In this document: in pieces, positions 50,480 to 63,759 of the stretch
How positions within the stretch are numbered: position 1 is the first letter of the stretch
How the letters are laid out: each line of letters starts with the position of its first letter
Assembly: GCA_038087875.1 (NCBI GenBank)
Contig: CM075988.1
Coordinates: forward strand, 9,798,001-9,862,000
From: Malacoraja senta
Taxonomy: Eukaryota
Reading direction: 5' to 3'
Length of the DNA: 64,000 nt
The notes under the pieces: model-generated
What the model was told of the DNA's origin: nothing
What the model saw: only the letters and a program-made list of their open reading frames with translations
The model's database searches: none
Made by a program: the position numbers and the translations under genes

Positions 50480-51757
50480 CACACAGTGGTGCCATGCAGA
50501 GTCACTGCACCAGAGACCTGGGTTGGATCCTGACCTTGGGTGCTGTCTGTGTGGAGTTTGCACATTCTCCCTATGACCGCGTTGGTTTTCTCCGGGTGCT
50601 CTGATTTCCTCCCACATTCCCGACGATGTGTGGGTTTGTATGTTAATTGGGCTCTATAAATTGCACCTGGTGTGTAGGAAATGGATGCAAATGTAGGATA
50701 ACATAGAACTGGTGTGCAAGTGATCGATGGTCAACATGAACTCGATGGGACGTAGGGCCTGTTTCCACAGTGTATCTCAGTCCACCTGGGGCGCCGTCGA
50801 GTATGGCTGCCCTGCCAGCAGCTGTTAGTCTTTTCACCCTTTTTTTATTTTTAGTTAGTTAAAAGTGTTTGTTTTGGAGGTCTTTTAGTCTTTTTGTGGG
50901 GGGGGGGGGAAAGGGGGAAACTATTTTCTCAGTACCTGGTCGGAGTTGCGGCTTTTCTCCGAGCCGTATCTTCGCCCCTTCCTCGCGGCCTACGGGCAGA
51001 CTGGAGCTGAGTTTTCCTGCCGGGACCGGCCAGGACTTCAGCTTTGGCGGCGGCTCAGCGCTGAGGCACCAGCATGGAGCGGGCGATGCCTTACCCGGGT
51101 CGCCGTGCGTTGTGACCGCCGACTCCAACATCGCGGAGCTGTGGTCTGTGGTCTGCGGTCTGCGGTCTGCGGTCTGCAGTCTGTGGAGCTTCCAGCCACA
51201 GGCGGCGCTGAACTTTAAACACCGCGGAGCCTGGGATCTCACGACAAGGTCGCCAGAGTCGGAGCATCGACCAGCGCGGCTCGTGGACTTCGGGAGCCGC
51301 GGTCTCCTGGGAGGTAGCGGCCGCTCCAGACACTCCGGGCCGCTGAGAGTGTTCACCCAACGCCAGAACATCATCATCCGGTGAGAGGGCCTAATACATC
51401 GGGCTGCCGTATCGGCGACTGCAGAGGCCTCAATAGGCCCCGACTATGGGTGAACTGGGGATGGGGCTAGACTTTGCTGCCTTCCTCCACAGTGGGAACC
51501 ATTGTGGGGGGATGTTTTTATGTTTACTGTTAAATTCTCTTGATATTGTGCCTTATCTTTATTTATGTGCTGCAATGGCAAGTCAAATTTCACTACACCA
51601 ATTGGTGTGTGATAATAAATGTCCTTTGTCCTTTGAAACTAAACTAAATTAAATTAAACTAAACTAAAGTAAACTAAACTAAACTAAACTAAAACTAAAC
51701 TAAAACTAAACTAAAACTAAACTAAAACTTAACTAAAACTTAACTAAACTAAACTTT
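50480..51757 (+). mobile_element. HE1-type V-SINE with an expanded (TAAAC)n tail, interrupted just before the tail by an 850-bp insertion
   Basis: SINE body runs to GTATCTC (50778) and the tail resumes at 51636. Confidence 0.75.
50788..51635 (+). mobile_element. GC-rich non-autonomous LINE derivative, probably of Rex1/Babar type
   Basis: Starts GGGGCGCCGTCGAGTATGGCTGCC and ends GCAATGGCAAGTCAAATTTCACT...AATAAATGTCCTTTGTCCTTTG. No RT or endonuclease motif in any frame. Confidence 0.55.
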
Positions 51758-53322
51758 AAAATGTCTTATTGGTTTCATCTGTCTTCATTTTGTTTGACAT
51801 CTGTCGTCAACATCAAACCTAATGTTGGGGGTAACAGGGGAGCTTTGAGCAGCAACATAATATGTTCCTGTTCGCCCATCCAATATCTCCTCTAATTTTC
51901 TAGCAGAATAATAGTTGGGGGTTTAGACGCCTCTGCACTCTGTGTGTGCATTACTATGATTACCCTCATAATTGTCATCATGATGGATTGTTAAGAGTTC
52001 AGTGTAGATTGAAGAACCAAGGCATCACAGATGTGATCAATCATGAGTCCTTTGAGATACATTTTTGGGTCATTTGCTCTCTCTTCACTTTCTTTTTGCC
52101 AGATGTATATCAATTCCTCAAAATGCTTCTAAAGTTAAGCACATTGTCCCAGAGAGTGGTTTCAACAGATAACTGGGTAAATGTGTATTGTTCCCAGGAA
52201 GAAGGACACAACCATAATTATTTTAAGGCTCGAATGAGGAAGGGTCTCGACCCGAAACGTCACCCATTCCTTCGTTCCAGAAATGCCGCCTGTCCCACTG
52301 AGTTACTCCGGCTTTTTGTGTCTATCTTCAGTTTAAACCAGCATCGGCAGTTTCTTCCGACACAATATTTTAAGGCTTTACTCCATCACAATTAACATCA
52401 ACACTATGTGGACACTAGAGCATCCAGATACTAGCAAAAAAAACAAACTGCTGGAGGAACTCAGAAGGCCGGTCAGCATCCATAGAGCGAAATGGACAGA
52501 CATTTCAGTCTGAAGAAAGTCCCCAAGTGTAAATGTCCTCTATCTTTTTCCCTCCACAGATGCTGCCTGACCCTGTGAGTTCCCACAGCAGTTTGCTTTT
52601 TGACCAACACTACAGGGCTGTCAAGAGTGTTTTATTGTCATATATACTGAAAATATTGTTGTTGTTTATTAGTCTTTAAAGAGTGCCATGTTTACATATC
52701 TGTTGTGCTGCTGCAAGTAAGATTTTCATTGTTACATTTCAAGACATATGGCAATAAAACACATGACCCTTGGCATAGAAATATTGACCATCAACGACCT
52801 AAGGCAATATCTATCCAATCTAAAAAATGATCATTTTAGAAGCTTCAGTTTTACAGCTCACCATTGGCCATTTAGTAAGGTGAGGACGTTTTTCCTTGCA
52901 CTCCATACACCTCCAGGAGTATCTCTGCTGCTACGACACTACTCAGCTGCCTCCTGTCAGGCTTTTGTCATGGTGGCGATGGTTGGGGCTCCTCTCCCAC
53001 ACTGGTCCTCAGGACATCTCGGCTCCTGACCTCTGCACCACAACTTCAATACAATGTTCAGTGAAACAATTATGTAGCTCCACCACAATTATGCAGAGCA
53101 GCTGGGGCGAGTTGAATTCTGACAAGCATCCAACTGAGTAACACCGTTGTCTTTCTCAGGGCTACTAGTTCAGGATGCCCTGCAATGGGCAACTTTGGAA
53201 AGCATTTTGTATGTAATCGTTTGTCCAAAATACTACCCAAGGCTGAGCTAGTTTAGGCATGCAACTAAATGAAAATATTTCAAAATCTTGCAATCCTTAG
53301 CTTCCTCTTGGATAAACATTCT

Positions 53323-53646
53323 TAGTTTAGTTTAGTTTAGTTTAGATTTGAGATACAACGCGTAAACAGGCCCTTCACCCACTGAGTCCACGCTGACCAG
53401 CGATCCCCGCACATTAACACTGTCCAACACACACTTGGGACAATTTTACATTTATACCAAGCCAATTAGCCTACAAACCTGCACGTCTTTGCGGTGTGGG
53501 AGGAAACCGAAGATCTCATAGAAAACCCACACAGATCACGGGGAGAACGTACAAGCTCCGTACAGACAGCACCCATAGTCAGGATCGAACCCGGGCCTCT
53601 GGCGCTGTAAGGCAGCAACTCAACCGCTGCAGCACCGTGCCGCCCT
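53323..53646 (-). mobile_element. HE1-type V-SINE
   Basis: Well-preserved reverse-complement copy with tail. Confidence 0.85.
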
Positions 53647-56600
53647 TCTCTGTTGCATCATTGTGTTTCGCTGTGGTCAGGCGTGAGTAGATCACTGCTG
53701 TGAAACATGGCCGAAGGTTACTAAGGAAGTGATGTAATAAGCTTTTGTCACATGGCTCCACTCTGCATCAATGGATGCCAAATGGTGCAGAGTACACTGC
53801 TGAACCAAGTTAAGATATTCACACGGCATGTTGCAGATCACGAAGCAATGTGTGGTGAGACTACTACTCACAGAAACACGTCAGGTTGGAGGAAGCAATG
53901 CTATTGACTCCACCAGTGCGATCTTCGTATTAAAAACCAAGTTACATTCGCTACTTTATTGGCTGCTGTCCACTTCACCACAGAGTAATGCTTTATACTT
54001 GCAGCAAATTCTAGGCTGGGAGACAAGAGTTTATTATTAATAAAGCACATTGTTTCCCAATAAATTGGAAGTAATGACGTTGTGATCATGAATTCCTCAA
54101 TGTGAACCCTGTAATGCATCAAGACACAGATGAGGGTGACACAGTGTCAGTATTGAGAGTTGTGGACAGTCTAAAAATGCAGCCCAAGCACCAAACACAA
54201 CATAAAAATATGAGACACGAGGGAACAATTTAATGGTAGTAATCTAATCTTGGTTTCCAGTTAATAGCTATCAGCCACATTGCTTTATTTGTATGATTTA
54301 TAGCATCATCTAAACCTCTCAATGGCATTGCTTCCACTAAATCACACTGGGATAGCCATTTTTCTCTGCTCACTGGACATATTTCAGCCAACCACATGTT
54401 AGAGGGATTTATTAGCAATTACCAAGATCCTTACATATACCGTGAGTGGAAGTGGCTGTCACAAGGACAAACCAATTATTTACACGCTGTCTATCGTACC
54501 TACTATTCAAAGCATCTCCCATAGCCACATAACATCTGCACACATCAGCAGTGTACACTCGGACAACAGTCACAGCTGGAAGAAGGACATTAAATAGAAT
54601 AAGATTGTACAAAACTCTGGCTATATTCTTAGAGTGCAGCCTATGGACATTATGTAATAATAGCTAAGGATGTTGCTGTAATTCTCTGTCTTATATTCAA
54701 GCCTGAGTAGGAAGTTTTCAGCCGTGGATAAGATCAAAGATGCCCAGTGAAGCATAATTTTCAGCGTTGATGGAAGTAATACAAACCACAATAATTTTTT
54801 TTTAAAAAGAGAGATAAATGATGAAAATAAATTATAAAGAAATGTGAATTGCTACAGTAATAAATGATATGGAGTTGACATAAAAGTTTTTCCATGTTTA
54901 TAGAGATTAATGAATAAATGTTATCATAAACAGACGTGGCAAAATGTATTATTGATGCAGACTGATTGCTTAAATGCAATGTGTGTTTTGATTCAGAAAA
55001 TGAACTTTCCAACCACTTACTGACCACAGTTGATAGATGGGGTAAGGAAACTCTGATATGAATGAAAAAGAAGAAAAATGTAGTGGGTCAAAAGGAATAG
55101 GAATCTAAGCACAGAGAAGGTCAGTTATATCACCGAACCAAACAACGGATCAAATTGAACAGGGCAGAAAGCAGATAGCTGGTCTACTTCTATCAGTTTC
55201 ATGCCAGGGAGATTAGATTAAATTACTTCTGGAGAGAATAGAGAGGGAATGCAACATCAGAGGTGTGGAGCAGGGGAGTGAAAAATAGACTTGAGTGATG
55301 GTGAGCCAAAATAAAAGCCAGGAATAAACTGTGAACATAATGGGAAACAAGGTGCTGCAGGAAAGAGAAATGGATGCCAGTTGAATTGAAAATACGGAAT
55401 GGAGTTTGGTCAACTGTGGAGATTTCTGGATGCAGAGAGACTCCACCTGCCTTTGAAATGGCCCATTTTAATCAGGTTATCAAGATAGTGTGAGGATTTT
55501 GCCTTTGTTTTACCCCAAAGATAGTATATGGAGCCCATTGGGAAAGTTAATTGTTCCAGGGGTGATTAGACTTTCATGGAAGTTTTGTGCCTCTTGCTTT
55601 TTCACCACATGAAGTATTATTATGTAATCATATATTGTCTATCTGCTGACTGGTTAGCATGCAACAAAAGCTTTTCACTGTACCTCGGTACACGTGACAA
55701 TAAACTAAACTAAAAAATGTCCCTAGCGTGTGTAGGATAGTATTAGTGTGCAGGGATCGCTGGTCGGTGCTGCCTCGGTAGGCCAAAGGACCTGATTCCG
55801 CACTGTATCTCTAAACTAAACTAAACTAAACTAATTTCATCCTGGTCATTTACTAACAGGGTAGTGAGACGAACCACGTTGTAATATGTGCTTTCCGTTG
55901 TATGATTGTTCATGCATCCTGATCAGATTTAATTTACCCGTGGTCCACTAATGCCGATACTAAAATCAACTGCTCACCAACCATGTGTTGCAAAAAAATG
56001 GATAGAATTTATTAATATGTTATTGAATTAAAAGCTCACTTCGAAGGAAGCAGTCATCAGGTTAATTAAAATTCAATTACCTGTACATTCAAACTCTATT
56101 ATACAAAGCTCCATTGCAAACACATTAAATGCAATCATTTGAAATTGCAATAAAATAACAATGTTAAAGATCAATTTCATTAAATTTTAAATTAGTCTTT
56201 TAAATATATGCAAACGTCTCTGTGATATATTTAGTGTTGGCTCCATATCCCTCTCATACATTTCTAGCTTTGCTTCTGTGGTCCTGTTGCCTCAGCCTAT
56301 TCTGTTCAACATTGTACTTCATTTTTCTGTGCAACGCAATGCATTGCAATTTATTTTTGCGGCATTTTCACTTGATAAACTAAACGAGGAAGTGTTTTCA
56401 CCCAAACGGCATCACTGGAGAAAAGGAATAAATAGGTGATGTCTTGGGTCGAGAACCTTGTTCAGACGTCCAAAACGTTACCTATTCATTTTCTCCTTGC
56501 TGCCTGACCTGTTGAGTTCCTCCAGCATTTTGTGCCTATCTTCAGTGTAAACTAGTATCTGCAGTTACTTCCTACACAGGTTATTGACGTATTGTTGTTT

Positions 56601-57354
56601 GAACATCCTGGGAAGCCTGCATGGAAGGCGCTGCGTAGGAAAGAACTGCAGATGCTAGTTTACTCACAAAATTCTGGAGTAACTCAGCGGGACGGGGAGC
56701 ACCTCTCGATAGAAGGAATGGGTGACATTTCAGGCCGGGACCCTTCTTCAGACCAGCCTGCAGGAAAGGGGCTGGTTGTCTCGTGGGTTCAAGCAGACAT
56801 ATATCACAGGTCAAGAGTTTGTGTCCCATTCCTGTTCAGGATATAGTTGCTTGCAAGTGCCTGGTCTATGCAAATCAGTACCCTATGTTTTTTGTTTTTC
56901 AGAATGTATATTTCTCTGGCAAGGCCAGCATTTATTGCACATGGCAGATTGCCCTTGGATAGCTGGAGGGAAATACATCTTAAACCAATGTAGTTGTTCT
57001 GCTAAAGATACTCCTACAGTGTTGATGGGAAGGATATTCTAGGATATAGATACAGTGACATTGATACATTTCCAAGTTACAATGGAGGGTGATCTGGAGG
57101 GGAACATGCAGGTGGTGGTGTTGCCATGTACTGGGTGATCTTGTTCTTTTCTGTTGGTATTGGACGCATATTTGGAAGGTGTTGTCACAGGAACCTCGGC
57201 AGGTATTTGTGGATGGTACATGCTGATGTTACATTATGTCGGGTGAAGGAGCGAACAATTGCTTAGCATGGTGGAAAAAGGTGCAAATCAAGCAAACTAC
57301 CTTGAGCTGGATGGAGGGTACAAAGTGCTGGGTCAGACAGCATCTAGACTAGAA

Positions 57355-57580
57355 ATATCCTACACACTGGGGACAATTTACAATTTACAGAGCCAATTAA
57401 CCTGCAAACTTGCACATATTTGGAGTGTGGGAGGAAACTGGAGCACCTGAAGAAAACCTAATATATACGGTCACAGGGAGAACATTTAACTCCATACAGA
57501 CAGCACCCTTAGTCAGGATTGAAACCGAGTCTCTGGCACTGTAAGGCAGCAACTCTAACACTGTGCTGCTGTGACACCCC
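57355..57580 (-). mobile_element. HE1-type V-SINE, partial
   Basis: Reverse-complement match to the tRNA and V domains. Confidence 0.7.
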
Positions 57581-57899
57581 TAATTTATGATCTCCACCAG
57601 GTATTTTAGTACATTGCCCACTAAATTGTTGCTCCTACCCCCTCTCAACATTACCTTTGCTGCCTTTTGCTACCATTTTCCACTTTGCTCTCACCACAAT
57701 TTTCTTTCTAAAATTCATTTCACAGTACATGCACATCAATGGTGAGTCCCTCCGTTATTATCATTCATTAATCATTCTTGAGACAATGGCAGTGATCTGC
57801 CTTCTTGAGTTGTGGCAGTAATGTTGGCTTACTTAGAGTCATATAGTGATACAATGTGGAAACAGGGCCTTCGGCACAACTTGCACACTGGCCAGCATA

Positions 57900-59520
57900 C
57901 AGTACATTCAGAAAGTATTCAGACCCCTTCACTTATTCCACATTTTGTTATGTTACAGCCTTATTTTAAAATGGATTAAATTCTTTTTTTTATCATCAAT
58001 CTACACACAATATCCCAGAATGAAGAAGCGAAAACATGTGTTTAGAAATGTTTGCAAAGTAATTAAAAAGAAATAATTGAAATATCACATTTACATAAGT
58101 ATTCAGACACTTTGCTGTGACACTCAAAATTAAGCTTAGGTTCATCCTGTTTCCATTGATTATCCTTGAGATGTTTCTACAACTTGATTGGAGTCCACCA
58201 GTGGTAAATTAAATTGATTGGACATGATTTGAAAAGGCACACACCTGTCTATATAAGGTCCCACAGTTGACAGTGCATGTCAGAGCAAAAACCAAGCCAT
58301 GAAGACAAAGGAATTATCTGTAGACGTCCGAGACAGGATTGTGTCGAGACACAGATCTGCGGAAGGGCATAAAACAATTTCTGCAGCATTGCATCTCCCA
58401 AAGAGCACAGTGGCCTCCGTCATTCTTAAATGGAAGAACTTTGGAACCACCGGGACGCTTCATAGAGCTGGCCGCCAGCCAAACTAAGCAATCAGGGGAG
58501 AAGGGCCTTGCTCAGGGAGGTGACCAAGAACCCGATGGTCACTCTGACAGAGCTCCAGAGTTCCTCTGTGGAGATGGGAGAACCTTCCAGAAGGACAACA
58601 ATATCTGCACCAATCAGGCCTTTATGCTAGAGTGGCCAGATGGAAGCCACTCCTCAGCAAAAGGCACATGACAGCCCGCTTGGAATTTGCCAAAAGACAC
58701 CTAAAGGACTCTCCGACCATGAGAAACAAGATTCTCTGGTCTGATGAAACCAAGATTGAACTCTTTGACTTGAATGCCAAGTGTCATGTCTGGAGGAAAC
58801 CAGGCACCGCTCATCACCTGGCCAATACCATACCTACGGTGAAGCATGGTAGTGGCAGCATCATGCTGTGGGGATGTTTTTCAGCGGCAGGAACTGGGAG
58901 ACTAGTCGGGATCGAGGGAAAGATGAACGGGACAAAGTACAGAGAGATCCTTGATGAAAACCTGCTCCAGAGCGTTCTGGACCTCAGACTGGGGCGGAGG
59001 TTCACTTTCCAACAGGACAACTACCCTAAGCACACATCAAGATAACGCAGGAGTGGCTTCATGACAAGTCTGTGAATGTCCTTGAGTGGCCAAGCCAGAG
59101 CCCGGATTTGAACCCGATCGAACATCTCTGGAGGGACCTGAAAATAGCTGTGCATCGACGTTCCCCATCCAACCTGACATAGCTTGAGAGGATCTGCAGA
59201 GAAGAATGGGAGAAATTGCCTAAATACAGGTGTGCCAAGCTTGTAGTGTCATACCCAAGAAGACTTGAGGCTGTAATCGCTGCCAAAGGTGCCTCAACAA
59301 AGTACTGTAAAGGGTCTGAATACTTATGTAAATGTGATATTTCAGTTATTTCTTTTAAATTACTTTGCAAACATTTCTAAACACCTGTTTTCACTTCTTC
59401 ATTCTGTGATATTGTGTATAGATTAATGATTAAACAAAAAAAATTAATCAATTTTAGAATGCTGTAACGTAACAAAATGTGGAAAAAGTGAAGGGGTTTG
59501 AACACTTTCTGAATGCACTG
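57900..59520 (+). mobile_element. Full-length Tc1-family DNA transposon (1621 bp, IR/DR type)
   Basis: TA TSDs at 57898-57899 and 59521-59522. TIRs of about 210 bp (CAGTACATTCAGAAAGTATTCAGACCCCTT... / ...AAGGGGTTTGAACACTTTCTGAATGCACTG) with an inner repeat TAAGTATTCAGAC. Confidence 0.95.
58299..59308 (+). pseudogene. Tc1 DDE transposase pseudogene (frameshifts and a stop codon)
   Basis: MKTKELSVDVRDRIV HTH region, then [28 protein letters not shown] and [11 protein letters not shown] spread over several frames. Confidence 0.93.
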
Positions 59521-60052
59521 TATACCCTTTGTACAAGGTGGTGACCAGAATTAGATGCATTAATTCAATTGAGCCCCTAGTGTATTACAATGGTTCAGCA
59601 TAACTTCCCTGCCTTCATATGCTATATCTCTATTGTTAAAAGCCTAAAATTGTGTATATCTTGTTAACTACTTTCCCAACATACCCTGTCATTGTCAATG
59701 ATTTGTGCACATTGTTCTTTCACCCCTTTTAGAGCAGTATTCTTTATTCTACATCGTCTCTACATCACCTCACATTGCCCCACATAAAGCTTCATCTGCC
59801 ATGCCTCTGCCTATTCCATCAGCCTGTTTATATGTTGCTGCAACCTAATGCTGACCTCTTTGCAATTCACTGTACTACTAGATTTTGTGATGTCCTCAAA
59901 TTTAGAAATTTTATTTTTCATCCCCAGGTCTTGGTCATCAATATAAATTTAAAAAAGGAAATAGCATCAATACTGATCACAATTATTCAATTTCCTCCAG
60001 TTTAAAAAAAAAACATTTATCATAAACCTTTGTTATCTATCACTGAGGCAAA

Positions 60053-62416
60053 TTTTACTTCGGAGTCACTTTAGTGATTCCGTGAAGAAGACCCGTCAGG
60101 GCGCATGCGCGTCATTACGTCGGACGCATTGACGCACGGACCAGCAGGAGGACAGAGCTCCTCTTCTGAAAAGTAAGGAATTTTGATATTTTAAAGTAGT
60201 TTTAAAACTCCAGCTAAGTGGGAAACTTAGCTGGAGTGAAAAGTTCCTTTGCTGTGGTGCCGTGTTCTGTCCAGGTAGCACCATGGTGAAGACGAGCAGG
60301 GGGAGGGCAGCCGCAGGTAAAGCAAAGGAGAGCCGCGGAAATGCGGTCTGTGAGCGGCTGTCTCGTACCCCTGCACAGTCGCAGACCGGGTGAGGAGCGA
60401 CTGCAGACTTAGTGATACAAAGCACAGAGGTGCTACAAAGCACTATGACAGAGCCAATCGCCAGTCGGGCGTCAGGCCATGGGAAGTCTGTGAGGCCCTC
60501 GGACTGAACTGAGTTGGGCCGCGACGAGTCCCGTACGGGGCTGGATACCGTTTTTTGAACGGTTATCCCATATGGAGCACCTCATTCAGGGGTTGCTCCA
60601 GTAACGCACACTCCAGGGGGAGGAGTCGTGTGGGCGGTAGGCTACAGAAGAGGCCGCGCCGGCAGTACCTGGTAGAGGGCTGCTTGACAGCACCCTCATT
60701 TGTGAGGTGAGGGTCAGCTCAGTTCTGACCCCTACTCTGACGGTGACTTCATTGACTAGAGAAGACAGCCGTTGTCAGAGGTCCATTCTCTGGCAGCACG
60801 ATTCGCTGTCCCGTCAGAGTATGGAGTGCCACTGGGAGAAGAGCTGGCCTCCATGATATAGAGGCTGCTGGATAGCACCCTCATTGAAAAGGCGCCTGCA
60901 GAGGGTCAGCTCAGTTCTGACCCGACTCTGACGGTGGCTTCGTTGACTAGCGAAGACGGCCATTGTCAGAGGTCCATCTCTGGCAGCACGATTTGCTGTC
61001 CCGTCAGAACATGGAGTGCCACTGGGAAAGCGAAGATGGCCGTTGTCAGAGTTCCCATCTCTGGCAGCATGATTCCTTGTCCAGTCAGAGTCTGGAACTG
61101 CCAAGAAACAGGAGACCCGGGTAACTGCGAGTCGCTGAAGGTGCCAGCAGTGAACCGGGTGATATGGAGCCAGATGGGCGTGGGCATGCAGTGCCCAGGA
61201 GATGAAGCTGCAGAGAATCCTGAAATTACTTGGCTCAGGAATCACAGCATTTGCTAGAACGGTGGATGGAGGGCATGTGTCGGAGACGCAGCAAGAGATA
61301 CTCGGGTTGCTTTGTAGCGCCCATTTTGAGATAAATTGTCTCAGGGAAAGTGCCATTCGGCCCACCATTAATCCCAAGTTTACAGCACTCTGCCAGCCCA
61401 GCAACATACAGCCGGCCAACCTACTCTTCGGAGAGGACCTCGCCAAGAGTGTCAAGGATGTGGATGACGAGGCAAAGATGGTGGGCTTGATCAAGCCACC
61501 GGCGGTCGGCAACTTTCCAAAAAAGAAAGTACCCCTACAAACGAGGCTGGACCAGGAACAAGTCAGCCGGCAATGCAGATGCGCAGGTGCATTCTGCAGT
61601 GGGACACGGTCAAACGTCGGCTTTCCCGCCAGGAGCCGGGGACAACGTGATCCACCAGATATCAAGGAGGTAGGTGGGCCTGGTTCTCAGGTGCACGTAT
61701 CAAATGTGACACAATTTAAATCTGGGGGTACATTACATCCATCTGTTCTGGGATGAATGGAAGCAAATTACCTCAGCTCTGTTTATACTGAGTGTTATTC
61801 AAAGGTTTCGAATGGAGTTCAATCCAAATTGTGATTTGCACATTCAGCATGTTCTTGGAAGAACTGTTCAGTTTTCATTAACAGAACAGATGGATGTTTA
61901 GACTGCGCTTGGAAGCTTATGTGATAAAGGTGTAATTGGAAAGTCGGTTCACCAACCCCATCAATTTGTGTCTAATATTTTTCCAGGCCAAAAAAGAATG
62001 GGGGATGTAGTATAGACATTGTAAGATGTAATTGTCTGCCAAGCAACTGGGTCAAGAGGATGCTATGTGGCTACTATAGAGCTTAAAGATGTGGATTACT
62101 CATTGTCCGTTCATTTACAGGATAGAGGATATTTGAAATTCACCTGGATGGATCAACTATGGCACAAAATTGTTAAAACCTATAATAGGCATGCTGAGAG
62201 GCCAGGGTCAGTTGCTCATGGCTTATCTCGATGATATCTTGATTACAGGGGTATCCAAGAGAACAGCTGAAGTAACCGGTGGTAGTTGTTAAATCCAATT
62301 TTTAAAGATTGGGCATTATTCATCCAGTGAAATCCAAATTAACACCTGACTATTTGGGTCACAATTGATTCAATTAAGTGACTCTGCCCAGGGAAAAAGG
62401 GTAGAGCTTGTTGACA
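60053..62416 (+). mobile_element. Degenerate DIRS-like (tyrosine recombinase class) retrotransposon, 5' part
   Basis: Gag-like LCQPSNIQPANLLFGEDLAKSVKDV. RT remnants FVSNIF, YLKFTWMDQLW and KLLKPIIGMLRGQGQLLMAYLDDILI (YLDD at 62224-62235). The recombinase region is not in the window. Confidence 0.8.
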
Positions 62417-62552
62417 GCGGTATCAGAGTTGGGACTGGACGGAGAGGTGACTGAGTAGAGAGGTAGCTCCAGACCAGGACACTGAGAGTAGGAGAGAGAG
62501 TAGAAATTAATGACCGACCGTACGACCGTCCGGAGAAAGATTCTAGAGGCCC

Positions 62553-63752
62553 ATGGCTTCAGGGAGTGGTGGTTCTGAGGGTGGTGGGTGGCAGACTGTA
62601 GGTAAGGAAAAGGGGGGCTCTAAGAGAGAGGCATCGAGCGAAAGACCTGAAATGTCAGGAGATGAAGGAAGTAAAGTTAGGAGAACTAAAATTATTGAAG
62701 AATTCGTCGTGCTGTTTAAAGTTAAAGGAACAAATCACGGAGATGCAGGATTTAGAGCAGTGAATCCATTAAAAATTACCACCGCTTTGGAGAGCCAGAT
62801 AGGTAGGGATTTTCAGGCCAAGATTCTGTATAATGGGATGTTAAGAGTTTGTTGCAAAGACAGAAAACAGTTTAATGACGCTAGGGGTGTGGGGAAGTTG
62901 GTGGTCAAGGTGGAGAGTTTGGTCCCTAGAGGAAGAGAGCAGGGAATAAAGGGAGTGGTGTATGGGATGTATGATGGCTTGTCTGAGAAGGAGATCTTAG
63001 AAAATGTTAAGGGGGCCCAGGTAATTGATGTTGTGAGATTTAAGAGTAGGAATGGAGTCAGGGACCAGCCGGTCCTGCTTACGTTCAAAGATGGAGTACT
63101 GCCACAGAGAGTGTTTCTTGGGAGTATGGCGTATCAAGTGAGGGAGTACATTAAACCACCGTTGCGCTGCTATAACTGTCAGAGGTTTGGACATGTTGCT
63201 GGGTCTTGTCGGGGTAAAAGAAAGTGCGCAAAGTGCGGTGGAGATCATGCAATAAAAAATTGCAAGGCAGAGGCTCCTAAGTGCCCTAACTGTGATGGGG
63301 ATCATGCAGCAGGGTTTCATGGTTGTAAGCGCTTTGTTCAGGCGAAGCGAGTACAGGAAGTGAAGGATCAGAACAACGTGTCATATGCAGAGGCAGCTCA
63401 AAGGGTGGCTAGAGAACGCGGAGATGTGAGCGCTGGGACTAGAGTGGTGCTAGGAAGCCAGATCACTGTGCCAAACTTGCCGTCGGCTTTTCCATCTGAT
63501 ATGTTGATTTTTAATAAGGAGTCATTTCTGTCTTTTGTTTCTGATGTGCTGGTAGGAGCTAAGAAAGCAGCTAACCGGTCAGATATCATCAGGTTAGTGG
63601 TGGGGGCAGCTGAAAGGTTCCTCAGTGTAAATCAGTTGCCAGAAAAGTTGCATCAATACATGATGGAGAGTCAGTGTATGGAGAGGTCACAGTTGTCGAG
63701 AGCTAGCAGTATGGAGTATGTCAGTGAGGTGGATGATGGTGATCCTCATTAA
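62553..63752 (+). CDS. LINE ORF1 nucleic-acid-binding (gag-like) protein, 399 aa
   Basis: PLRCYNCQRFGHVAGSC, CAKCGGDHAIKNC and CPNCDGDHAAGFHGC zinc knuckles, followed by an SYAEA motif. Confidence 0.92.
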   Translation: MASGSGGSEGGGWQTVGKEKGGSKREASSERPEMSGDEGSKVRRTKIIEEFVVLFKVKGTNHGDAGFRAVNPLKITTALESQIGRDFQAKILYNGMLRVCCKDRKQFNDARGVGKLVVKVESLVPRGREQGIKGVVYGMYDGLSEKEILENVKGAQVIDVVRFKSRNGVRDQPVLLTFKDGVLPQRVFLGSMAYQVREYIKPPLRCYNCQRFGHVAGSCRGKRKCAKCGGDHAIKNCKAEAPKCPNCDGDHAAGFHGCKRFVQAKRVQEVKDQNNVSYAEAAQRVARERGDVSAGTRVVLGSQITVPNLPSAFPSDMLIFNKESFLSFVSDVLVGAKKAANRSDIIRLVVGAAERFLSVNQLPEKLHQYMMESQCMERSQLSRASSMEYVSEVDDGDPH

Positions 63753-63759
63753 CATCATA

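Noticed and set aside
60814..61665. 283-aa minus-strand ORF
   Set aside because: Antisense shadow of the DIRS gag region with no independent motif.
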